NCBI GenBank assembly: GCA_965178125.1
Contig: OZ237739.1
Coordinates: 1,178,001 to 1,242,000 of the forward strand
DNA: 64,000 nucleotides
Direction: 5' to 3'
DNA from: Bilabrum cf. latius
Taxonomy: Eukaryota
Shown here: positions 49,004 through 60,563 of the stretch, in pieces
Numbering within the stretch: the first letter of the stretch is position 1
Layout: every line of letters begins with the position of its first letter
Translations under genes and position numbers: made by a program
The notes under the pieces: generated by a model
The model's database searches: none
Seen by the model: the letters and a program-made list of their open reading frames with translations, nothing else
Told to the model about the DNA's origin: nothing

Positions 49004-51025
49004 CCGTGACCCTGCCCTAAATCCGTACATACTTTTTATCTTCATATTCGCGTATTGACAAAATGAACCCACCACGAACGTTCATACCACGCAAGCGTAT
49101 GACAGTTTTAATACCAGATATAGGACGACTATACACTTTATTTGCCGTGACAAAGCGCGCAGAGCATAGTTATGTATATTAACTGAGCAGTGGGTGGTTG
49201 AAACGGAGGGTCTGCCGTCCCTGGGGGCCACGGCATCGATGTGACGATTGACGCCCATAAATCCGTACATAAACTTTGGATCACGTTATGGGCGGTCATA
49301 GTCAGGCATACTGCATTTAAATGAGAAATATATATAATGTAAGTAGTTATTATTCAATTTATCTGGTTAGTTTGGCAATTGAACTGCATGCCGCTCGTAA
49401 ATCTAGGCGCAGATCTTGGCCCCTTTCGCCCGACTGCCCACAGCCTTCTTAAGCTTCGATTTCATCTCCTTAGTGACCTCAAACGTGCATCACGCCCCGT
49501 ACATGGACGCGTTGTCACGTTTTTGTTGTAGTTTAGGATTTCCGCTCACACTTGGCAATCTTTGCAGCGGTTGTGGTTAGCCTACAGCATTAGCTAAATA
49601 TCGCTGCTTTCGCGCAGCTTGGCAACTGTGCCGCCCACGCCAAGTAATCGGACACGCTATCCCGTCGTCACCCCCTTACTGGTATTAACAGCTAGTGTGG
49701 CTCTCCTCGGCTGCTTTTCCGGGGATTATGCAGCTGCAGCGTACAGGCCAGTGGCCTTGCTTGCGGCTAAGCTAGCCTAGGTTAGCCGCCCTCGCTTCCC
49801 GGTACCCTGACTTGAGAGAAGCTTCCCCCGGAGAAGAGAAGCCCTGAATTCATCTTTTGTATCCTGGGTGGCTCTCAGCGCTATGGTCTGTTGGCACTGC
49901 TGCTCCAGCTGGAGCAGCAGTGCAGGCGTGGGGGGGGGGGGGTCTCGCCTCCACTGCTGGCAGCCGCACTGGCAGAGGAGCTTGAGCTTGATGAAGTGCG
50001 TGCCGTGGAACTGGAGCTTGCGGCTTCAGCTAATGTCGATGATAACCATGCTTGATGCGACCCCTTCAGTGCCTACAGGAATGTCTCCTACACTAGCTAC
50101 AACCGGAGCAAAGAGCTGTTCCAGGTTGGCCGTGCGAGTGCCGGATGTTTCGGATGACACGTAGTCTGCGTGAGGGAAATTGGTTTCAGGGGAGGGCGGG
50201 AACAAGCCATTGTCCCGAAAACCTTTCCTGATTTTGTCTTGCCCTATCAAAGCCCCTCGCATGACGCTTGCAACGAGCCCGGGGAGGGACTCCTCCCCCA
50301 GGGTGTGTCACCGAACCTACGCCTAGCAGCGGCTTGCTCCTCTTTCACGCCGCGGAGCTTGCCAGCCTTTGTCATCCTGCGAAGGAACGTTTGCGTCCAC
50401 TTCTTCAAGGCAAGTTGCGCATGCCCATTTCCTCGTTGCAGCTGAGCAAGGCGACATGCAAGTTCTCAGATAAATTTGACTGGCAGGGCATCGCGAGTAA
50501 GTCCACACTATACGATGGTTTCCACAAAAAATGATTCGGTAGCTGGTTACAGGAATAGTCTAGCATCCACATGTGGGCCTTGGTTTTGAATAGCTTTCCT
50601 TTTGGCCACCCAACTTTGAAATGTAGATCGGGCTACATGTCGACCGAAATGCTTTCGTGCGATCTGCTCCTGGTTCAACCCTCCATATGTGCCTTATTTA
50701 GCATCAATACGTCGGAGATACGATAAGTAATCATCTGCATGGTAGGTTTTCTTGACTTTGAATACCTTTGGCGTAACCATTACATAACTTCGGGCTGCCG
50801 TTTGCACACCCATTTTTGGCTGCAGCCTTTCGGTGCCAATCATGAGAGCTTCGTGTATTTGTGCTACCCACGGAATGAATATCTTATCTGTGCTCTCAAT
50901 CCAAGTCTCACTTTCCTCTAACTTCAATTAATTGCTGCTGATTGTACCTGTAAAGCTCGATGTACGGATTTGTATCCGACGTACTCGTCACATTTTGGAT
51001 GTACGGATTTAGGGCAGGGTCACGG
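49004..51025 (-). mobile_element. 2.0-kb TIR DNA transposon with decayed DDE (pogo-like?) transposase
   Basis: 27-bp perfect TIR CCGTGACCCTGCCCTAAATCCGTACAT, subterminal AAATCCGTACAT copies (49259, 50960), AT on both flanks, remnant IRKGFRDNGLFP. Confidence 0.8.
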
Positions 51026-51575
51026 ATCGTCTACTTCTGGTGGGAATCTATGTGGGGATATTGCAACCGGGAGCTAGCCATGCCTGCACTGCTGCCCCGC
51101 CTGCGGCCTTTCAACGACCGTCGCAAGCGCATTGGTGTTCTGGTGCAGCATCGCACGGCGTGGCAGGCCGAGCGGGATGCGGAGCTCGTGTGGCGGGCTG
51201 CAGCGGAGGGCAGGCCGCTGGAGCTGTCGAAGCGGCTGAGGTTGGGTGTAATGGCAGGAGGGGCTGAGAGGAAGGTGGACGTGGATGGCTCTATGCAAGA
51301 CGCGATGGAGGCAGCATTGTCGAATGGGCACGATGGGTGCGCGATGCTGGTGCGTCGGTCGATGGCTCGCGAGGTACGGAGGCGAGCGATATACCGTGTG
51401 GGTGAGGATGAAATCGGAAGGAAGTCTGAGGTTGGTGTACAGAATAGCGAAGATCGTGCGTCTGCTGTGGGCTAAGGGTCGACGGGAAATAAGGATATGT
51501 AAGCCATCTTCCGCCACCACCCACCAGGTCTCTCACAGCACTGCCGCCCCCTTGTGCTCGGGCAGGTACAGCCTC

Positions 51576-54500
51576 TTACAGCACTGCCGCCCCCTTGTGC
51601 TCGGGCAGGTACAGCCTCGCTCCTTCCTTGCCCACGATCCTCCCGACCGCGAACTCTAGCACGCCTAGGTGCATCTTCATGTGCCTGGGCAGGCTGTCAC
51701 AAGCGCCACCCTCACCTATTCCATCCCCGCTCCCAGGTACTGCGTCCTTCTCCTCCTGCAGCCACCTCGCCTCTGTGTCCACGCAGGACAGCAGCTTGGC
51801 TCTGCAGTTCTGCAGCAGCGCCACCGCCTCCATGTCGGAGCCAGACAGCTTCGGGGACGCGGGCGGGGGCTCAGGGATGCGTGGCTGCGCAGCGGACGAG
51901 TCTGAGTCATCATTGGTAGGGTCTGCGAGCTAGTGCCGCATTTGCTGCTGCTAGCGGTTGAATGCATCCACCACCTCGGCCGCCGCGGCCCCGTCCATCC
52001 CGCACTGCATCAGCAGGTCCTCGCCGCTCGTGGCCAGCCTGATGGCTCGTGACAGCCCGAACACCTGCCTCCGGACGGCCTCTTCCTCCCTTCGAAACCA
52101 TGCGAGGAAGGTGGGCGAGTGCAGGAAGCGCCAGTACAGCTCTCGCCAGTCGGCGCGCAGCTGCTGCACGATGGCGGGAGGCCCAATGGATTCCAACCTT
52201 TGCATGGCAGCAGCAGCCGAGAAGCGAGGCAGGACAGCCTCCACGATGGGATCGTATGGCCCGTACCCCTCTCTGCTGCTGGGGCTGCTGCTAACTGCAG
52301 TCGCAGCTCCCCCCGACCCGTTTCCATCAGCTGCGCTTCCCGCTGCAGCACTGGCCTCCGACTCGGCTGGCCCCCCGCTAGTTCCAGCGATAGACTCTCT
52401 GGTAACGTGCGCCTGGGCCAGCGTGAGGCCGGGGATCGGGCTGGGTGCCGGGGCCCTGGCCGGGGTGCGAAGGGCGGCGGGGACTGCCGGCCCGCGCAGG
52501 TCTGTGGTCACAAAGTGGCGGAACGGCTCCACCATCGCCGCGGACAGGGCCCGAAAGTGACCGCGCAGAATTGCGTCGTTGATCGCGGCACCAACGCAGG
52601 CCCCGCCGCCAGCAGAGCGACCACCAATGACGACATCTCCGTCCTCGTCATGGATCCCGCCCACCCTGGCTTGCACAACGATTGCTTCTGCCGCGGGCAC
52701 ATCAAGTAGAGCTCGCAGCGTGTCCTCGTGGGGCTGAACAAGCGGAGGCTGCTTCAGGAGCACCACCCCTGCGTTCGTTGGGCGCTGACCAGGCCTAGGG
52801 AGGTGCTTCGCCGTTGCCAAGCTCTCGCCCTCGTCCAGCACAACAGGGAGTGGCGGCGATGCATGGGGTCTCAAGCCCACGACGGAGCCCCGACTGTAGC
52901 TCGCTCGCGATGGTCTCGACCTATTTGACATGAGCCCGGTCGGCGAGGGCCGAAGCCCGCGGGGGCTGGCTTCACTGTTGGCGGCGGGACTAGCTGGGCT
53001 GTCCGGCCTGTCAGGGGATACTACATGGGCCGCCGCCGGCTAGCCCGCAACCGCTCTGGCAGCGCGCTTCATGGCGCCATCGGATGCCGAAAGCACAGCC
53101 AAGAGAGACTTCCTCTCCTCTGCGGCCCGCGCCGCCAGGGAGAGGGTGGAGGGCGACTCTGCGCGGGGTGGATGCGCGGCTGCATGCACCCCTGACCCTG
53201 ACCCTGACCCTGACACGCTCTGAACGTCGCTCTCCGTGGAAGCCCTCCAGTCCTCTGCTTCCTCGGGGGTCGGTGGCAACGCGTCGGGGTGGGCCTGGAT
53301 GGCCACGCAGCAGGGTGCGTCAGACCAGGCGTGGAAGAAGAAGGGGTTCGTTGTGCCCAGAACGAGAGGGACGCAGTCAGGCGAGGCAGGACGAGGACCC
53401 CCACGGTGCTTGCTGCTGCCTGAGGCAGCACCAGCCGGGGCAATGCCAGTCGCGGGGGTCCACGGTTTCTTGCCAGGCTCAAGCCCCGCCGACGAAGCTT
53501 GCATAGATCCAATGGCGACAAGTGGTTCAGTCGTTTGAGAGCCCGCGGGTGCAGAGTCGGGCAACAATGTCAGTGGGTGCGGCCGGCCCCTACCGACAGA
53601 CTGCCTCTGTCCGCCCGGTGCACTCGTGCCTGCCGGTAATTTGGTCGCCAGTGCGGATAGTGGGTCGGTGCTAGTCGGCCGACGGGTCGGTGTTGCACCC
53701 GATGCACCAGAGGCATCGGGTGTTGCTTCATCGGCGGCTCGCGGCCCCCTCGAGAGGCTCCCAGAGGTGCGGCCACCGCCAAGACTAGCCGCAGAAGGGC
53801 CAGCGCCTGCTGCGCCGTGCACCCCACCGGTGCCGGATGCCACCCAAGATGCCGGCCAGCCGACGGTCTCGGCGCCACCATCCCCCGGGGTGCACCCAGG
53901 AGGTGCTCTCATACCGGCACCACGCGGTGACCCTGCGAGACCGAGAAGGTCCGCAGAGCCGAGCGCTTTCCCGACCGCGGTCTGATCCCCCTCAAACATG
54001 GTGACGTACGGCCGGACGTCACCGCAGTACCGCAACGGAGCGACGAGACCGGCCACTCCGAGTACTGCCCTGCTGCAGAGCTCGGCCGAGGGCGCGAAGA
54101 TCACCACGGGCTTCGCCAGCAGGGCCCTCTCCCAAAGGGACCAAAGGCCAGGCACGAGCGGCCCGAACGTGGAGTACAGTCCCTGGCCTGTCTCCACGTC
54201 AAGCGCAAACGGTGCTCGGAGCAGCGGTGCAAGCACGTGTCCGTGCAGCGGGTGTTTGGGATCCGCAGTGGCCTCCTGCCGGCTGGCATCGCCATGCTCG
54301 TTTGGACGACCAACGCTCTACTCGAGTGCGAAATCACCGTGTACTGCAGTGTCAGACTTTTGCGGAGTCGATAAAGAGTCGGAGCCAGCCTGCGAGGGCT
54401 TCGGTGGTTCTCCAGACCCGGCGAGTCTAGGCGGAGAAGGCAGCGCGTGGGGCTTGCCTGGCGTGCTCTTGACACTACCATGAGACCCCGATGACTTGTG

Positions 54501-55817
54501 AATCTATTTGTGCTTGTAGAGAGTGTCAAGCCACCTTTCCCTCTTCTAAAGAGACCTCGCTGCCACCGACATGGGCACGCGGGGGTCGGCAAGGTCGCAC
54601 TGCCAAGCTGAGGAATGTGCCTTCAGCTGGGCTGCCTGAGGGGAATACCCCAGCACGCGCGACGGAGTGGTGGGTGCACTAGAGCCTGAGGGAGATGCTG
54701 TGCCATCTGTCTGACTGATGGCTCCGACGAGCGCAGGGCCAGAGCCTTTCAAGAGCTGCCCAGTGGCAGTGGCACCTGACCCTGTCGCTGCCCATTCACC
54801 CGATGCATGCCCACCTCCGATTGACCGGAGCTCGGTACCATACAGATGATCCGATTCACCCGTGTGTTCCCCAGCGTGTTCCCTCTCGTCCCTCGATCGC
54901 CTCCTCTACCTCGCCCGACTTCGCCGCAGACACGCGCTGATGGCCTGCTGCTGCCTATCCAGCGCAGAGCGCACCGCCCTGACAGCAAGGGCCTCTCCCG
55001 GTATACCGGTGTGCAGCCACAGGTCCACGGGAACTGCAACTCGGAGCCGCTGGCCCAGCAGTGGGAGCCGCATGCGCACTCCAGGGCGAGGGGGGTCCCA
55101 CCGCAGCAGCTGCTCCCATGCCGCCTGCAGGACGGCAAATGCTGCGGGGCCGAGGTCGGTAGAGGACCGTGGGCGGGATTTCGAGGTGATTGCGGCTGCA
55201 GAGTCGCCAGGGCTGCTGCTCCCAGGTGCCTCGGAGCCTCGGTGGGTAGTTGCGGCCCCTGCAGCTGCTGGGCTGGAATGCAGGCGTGCTACTGCCGTTG
55301 CGGCATCTTCTTGCATTGCGATTGACAACAGGGCGCGCCCAACCACCGCCACTACTTTTCGCAAGGCCTGCAAGCACGGCAGCCTGCTGACTGCGACGAC
55401 GGCCCGCTGAGCAAAACCACGCCGCTTCGTGTCGTCGCGCTACTGTCGGAAAAATGAAGCACCATATAAATAACTGTGATCACCCGGTGGACACGCAAAC
55501 AGCGGTGTCTCGTCACTGCGAGCGGTATCGGCAACGCATAAACCGAAAGGCAAGTACGATATTTTCTAGACTGTGACCACATGCTCAGAGACACTTGCTT
55601 ACGTTCGAGCTCTAAATACATACAAACTGTCGCCGGGGTGAGCAGCAGAGGCGTTCGAGTCAGGCAAAGCAATTGCAGCGATCTGGGACTGCTCTCGCGC
55701 AGATAGCGCTCCCTCTGGTGCAACCCTGCGCATGGTCTGTCCGTGATCAACATCAAATTCACAGACAGATAAGGCAGTAAACCACGAGCAGACGGGCGCG
55801 TCTCTAGCCCCGGCCAT
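51576..55817 (-). CDS. DENND6: DENND6-like Rab GEF (DENN domain), intron-containing, TAG=Gln
   Basis: VCEFDVDHGQ..ALPDSN, LWERALLAKPVVIFAPS..CS.AV..PLRYCGDVRPY, LGTTNPFF, LRGHF, LYWRFLHSPTFLAWF. Exon borders not resolved. Confidence 0.8.
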
Positions 55818-55925
55818 GTTGTGCGCCGCAGAATGCCGACGTCTTTGTGAAGCTCCGATCGGCAAATCGACGTGAGGCATACGACCGACATTTATTTTGG
55901 CCAGGAACACGGCCATCCAGCAAGA

Positions 55926-58900
55926 ATGGGAAATGAAACATCAAGTCAGAACAGTCTGCTGCATTCCAAAACTGACAACACACCCGTTGGCTCTCTTAAA
56001 CAGGGGAAAAATGTACTTGAGTCCAAGAAAGAGACGGTGTTTGCGTCGGACGGACGTCGCCTTGCTCCCGGCGAAGTCGAGTATCTAAGGCTCCTTCGAC
56101 CTGGGGAGCACGTCATTCCGAATAAATGCAAGCACATAGACTCGGAGATTCGCGGGCCATGGGACTGCAGACCAATGACTGGCGTCGTAGCGCAATCTAT
56201 CCGTCCGAGTCCTGCAGCTACAGTGATGTCGTGCCGTGGGAGTGCTGCTGATGGATCGTACATGGTGGCAACATCTTCAGATTATGTGGATCAATTTGCT
56301 GGCTTGCGCGTTGGAGTGAAGGTTTACCCCACAACGCCTGCAGATGAGGAAGCTCGTCGAACGGGTGAAGTATAGTTTGGCAATGTTGACGAGGCAGCAC
56401 CGGCTGAAGTGTGGACCCGAGAATCTACTAAGTGCCCCCCTGCAGCTGGTACACCAGCTGTATGCGAAAAAGCTGTGTGGGTCGTGAGGCAGCTCACGTC
56501 GGTGGGCGGTAAGCTAGCTGCAGGAGCATCGCGGGAGCTGGATCTTGCCGATGCTGACACCATCACGGCTCTACCGCTAGCCCTAGATATTATTGGCGCG
56601 ATTCGAATGGCTTGCAAATCGAGCGAATCGAAGCAGGCGCTGCGCTCTCTCGAGGAAGCCCTCGTGGAGCACCTGGTGCTAATGTGCGTCCGAGCCTCTG
56701 CAGAGGGATGGGACGGATGGGACGGCCATGGGACCGCGGGGCGGCCCCGCGGTGTGACGAGTGCGCTAGAGAGCCGCCGGTGGAGCAGTGCGCTGGCCAG
56801 GCGGGTGTCCGAATGGCCTGTGCTGGCGCGGGCTTGCGCCATCGAGGTGTGCATTGCGGCGCAGGAGCCCTACGAGGGGCAGCTGCCTAGCGCCACAGTG
56901 CTTGAGTGGAGCGATGAGAGGGAGCAGCAAGCGGCCGGAGGAGACAAAGGCGGCGGTACGGGAAGCGCTCGCACAGAAGGCACGGGGGGGCCTAAGCGGG
57001 TCACGACGAGGTATCTGGAGCGACTGAGCCTGGGCCTCTTCGGCGCCCTGCACCAGGTCATCGACACGAGGTGGGCCGCCACAGGGAGGTACTTGCTGGC
57101 GAGGATGCCCATGAGTCCAGCCGGTAGGGAGTGGGCGTTGCAGCAGGCGGAGAGCAGGGAATCGAAGCCAGCAGCTGGGGCGAGCGGTGCGGCGGCGGGT
57201 GAAAGTGATGCGGGTTTGGATGTGGATGTGGAGGCTGCAGACCCGGGGTCAGCTGGCTTGGATCTAGCTGCGGCAGAGCGTGTCGTGCCCCATCCGCCTG
57301 TCCTGGAGGAATAGGGAGCAGCTGCAAGCAGTGAATCCACGCACGGTAGACACGAATCAGTGGCACAGGTGTGGCCCCCGGATTACCCCAGCCCGGGTGT
57401 CCCCCCGTGGTGGTAGGAGCCCGGGGGCTTGCCCGGAGGCGAGCAAGACGTGCCGAAGCCTCCTCCCAACGCACGTCTCCCCTCAACGATGGCGTGGTTG
57501 GAAGCGTACACGCGCTGGAACGCCGCCACTGCCGGGCTGGCGAGGGTCTGGAACACGTGCATCGACCCCACTCTGCTGCTAGGTGGCCTTGCGAGCAGGC
57601 GCGGCAGTGATGTTCGGCGACTACGGCGCGAGCTGCTGCAGGCGTCTGTACTGCTGGGCAGCGCAGACTCGATCGAGAAAGAGGCCGTGGAAGCCGCATC
57701 GAGAGAAGCGGCCGAGGTGCACCGACATGCGAAGGAGAGAGAGGTAGCGGTCGAGGGCAGCCCGAGTGAGGCCAAAGGTGGCGAGGGCGAGCCCGCTGAT
57801 GACACGGAGCCGGGCCACGCCCCTGCTCCGAGCGCAGACTCCATCGAGTTTCACCGCAACCGCATGGTATCTGAGCTTGTGAACAAGCCCCTGCCGGAGC
57901 TCCAGGCCGCCTGCGCCGGCTTCCGAGCTGGCGAGATGTGGAACGCACTGCCAGAGGGTCTCACCGCCTGCCGGACACCGAGGGCAGCTCGCGATAAAAT
58001 GTTCGAGCTGCTCGAGCCCGTGGGTCCAAAGGAGGCGCCGTGGCAGTACTTCTGCGTGGCTGGCGGTCTGCCCCTCCGGGCAGCGTGCCCCTTGCCGGAC
58101 CCGCCGGAGCAGGAGATGCGCCCCGACATTGATCTGTGGCTCCTTGGCGATTCGGCGGAGCAAAGGACGGCCAGGGCGAGGATGTGCTTGGCTCATTTGG
58201 CCAAGCACATGCCGGACCACATCGCCGTGCTAAGCCGGGCCCTCGTCCGTCTGCAGCCCACCAAGCCCGGGCACGCAGAGGCCCAGCTGATGGTGCCAGA
58301 GGCGAGGCACAGCCGCGGTGTCACAGCCATGTTCGATGTGGACATGGTGCGCTGTGCCTTTGACGGGAAGCACTTCCAGGCTACCCCCGATGCATGCATG
58401 TCGTACGCCTGCCGTACCGTGCTGACCAGCCTTTGTCCAGTGCGTGCGAAGCGAGCTCTCAAGGCTCTCGCCAAAGGCTTCATCTTCGGCCCCGGCGTGC
58501 GATGGGAGTGCCCCGATCTCGAGGGAGCATACCTGTGCCTGGGCCTTCCCGAGGACCGGTGGCCCACCACGGAGCCTGTGAAAGCCAGGATCAACAAGAA
58601 GGGCGAGCTGGCCAGGGATAGGCCAAGCAGGGAGACGGATGCTAGCACCAGCAAGGTCAGCAAGGTCACGGCCGGTGCCAGCTCGCAAGCTGCATCCGAT
58701 GCAAGCCACTCATCGAGCAGCGCACTCGCCAAAGGCGAAGCATCGGCTGGGGCTGCCGATTCATCAAACCCTGCGGGCGTAGCGACAGAGCCAAGCGAGG
58801 CGGACCGCGAATCGAAAGCACCAGGCTCTGGTGCCGGAGAAAGCGCTGCACCGACAACCCCTGCACGGTAGGCAGCCGCACCTGCAGGTGCCGCCGACTC

Positions 58901-60398
58901 GGCTGGGAGGACTTCTGCCAGGTACATCAAGCGCGAGTTTACGTCGGTGCGTGAGGCGCTGCGCGCCGTCCCCGGAGCGGTGCTGGCGGCGAGACTGGGG
59001 GCTCGCGGGGCTGTTCTTCAGATCATGCGCGCGTTCGACCCTGCCCCCTTCGAGCGCTTGTCACCTGGGTGGCGCCTCGGCCCCGAGTTGCAGGCGCTGG
59101 TGCTGCAGGCGAGGGAAACGATGCAGGCTGCCATGGCGGCTCGAGCCGGGGTGCAGCCGAGCGTGACTGCGGGACAGTGGCGTCGCGGGGGTGGCATGTG
59201 GCTGCCTCGGCGCGGGCATGCCGAGCGTCGCAAGCACCGGCAGGCAATGCTGATGCGGCTGCACAAGGAGTTCGGAGGGGATTCCAAGACGTTGGACGGC
59301 GCTGGCAAGGGGACGGGAGGTGTCGGCACACGAGGCCGCGAGAGGGATGACTTTGACGATGATGGGGAAAGAGAAGACCAAGAGCCCAAGGGCAGGGCGG
59401 GAAGCGTCGAGGACGAGGAAAACGATGGAGGTGCAGAGGGCGGGGACGAAACTGCCGTTGTGCAGGTGTCCACGCACTCGGAGCTGAAGGACTACGAAGG
59501 GAGGATGGAGAAGCAGAGGGCCTTCATAAAGAGGCGGGGCAAGGGCAAGGGCGGAACGGGGGGAGACGACCAGATGGGACTGGACGTCGGAGACGAGATG
59601 ACAGGTTACGAGAACCAGGCTGTGCGCAGCCGGCGGCTGGACCCCGGGGGCGTGACAGGCTTTCCAGGCCGGGGCGACACCCGAGACGTCGCAAGGTGGC
59701 AGGCAAGGCGCCGCGTCATGCCTGTCCTGCTGCAGATCGTCAGGGTCTGGTACTAGCCGCCCACCGCTGGCTCATCAAAGGTGGTCAAAGACGGCGAACG
59801 CGTGCAAGCCAACGCGGATGGAGGCACACTCGTTCTATCGGCTCGTCGCAGCGAGCAGCGGGGCGCATTCGAGTGCATTTACTGGCTTCGGCAGTGCCTG
59901 GTGCTCATGGCAGGGCAAGAAGAAGCCGACGCTTGCGTGCCCGTGTGCCCTGCTGAGCTGGAGGAAGACGACGCGCTGCTGGCTGCCGACCAAGGCAGTG
60001 GCGATGGTGCACGCGCAGGCGCAGGCGCGGGAGAAGTGTCCAGTGCGGCGGGCGGTGCCAGTGCCGACGAGCCCGATCCAGCCCGCGCCATCCCACCACC
60101 TGCGTTCGACGAGGCAAGGGTGGTGGTGGATCCTGGCAGGAGCGGTTCCATGCTGGCAGTGGAGGCAGCGTCCCCGCACGCGTTCGTGAGTGGGACCAGC
60201 GGGCCAGTGAGACTGCCCAAGGGGAGGGGCCTGGAGTTCTTGCACGGCAAATGCGCCAGGGCTTTCGTGGTTGTTGTGCCTGGCCGCAAGGCGTTTTGCC
60301 TGAGGCTGCAGCTGCACAGTCCGCACGAGATCGACCTGAGACAGTCAGTCTACGGCATGGAGAAGCTGGTGAGATACGGGGCTGCTCTTCGAGAGTGA
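55926..60398 (+). CDS. 1490-aa host protein with nucleotidyltransferase-like domain and MG N-terminus (TAG=Gln)
   Basis: Five track ORFs lie in one frame separated only by TAG; VAGG...PDIDLW...FDVDMVRCAFDG; ends TGA. Confidence 0.8.
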
Positions 60399-60563
60399 AG
60401 GCCGTGTTGTTGTCACTGATAGTTCCGGTTGTGCGTCTTGTTGAACGCAGCCGGTACCTGGGAGCGCACAAAAAAAACATTGCAGTGCATCCGATGCAAA
60501 TCCATATGGATAGAGCGGATCCGATCATTGCTTAGACGCAGACATTCTAGCAGACCCGTAATT

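Larger units (their letters stand above)
47484..51475 (+). pseudogene. Host RNI-like leucine-rich-repeat plus ankyrin-like gene disrupted by two insertions
   Basis: DAIRCNRSLR, DALSVNKTLR, DAVRRNRALR, DAVLANPCI repeats and AALSNGHDGCAMLV. The frame is restored by removing 48356-48877 and the TIR element. The 5' end is uncertain. Confidence 0.7.

Noticed and set aside
51535-51618. Short tandem duplication at the DENND6-like 3' end and the (CCA/CCG)n tract at 61798-61880
   Set aside because: Ordinary local duplication and a poly-Gly microsatellite.
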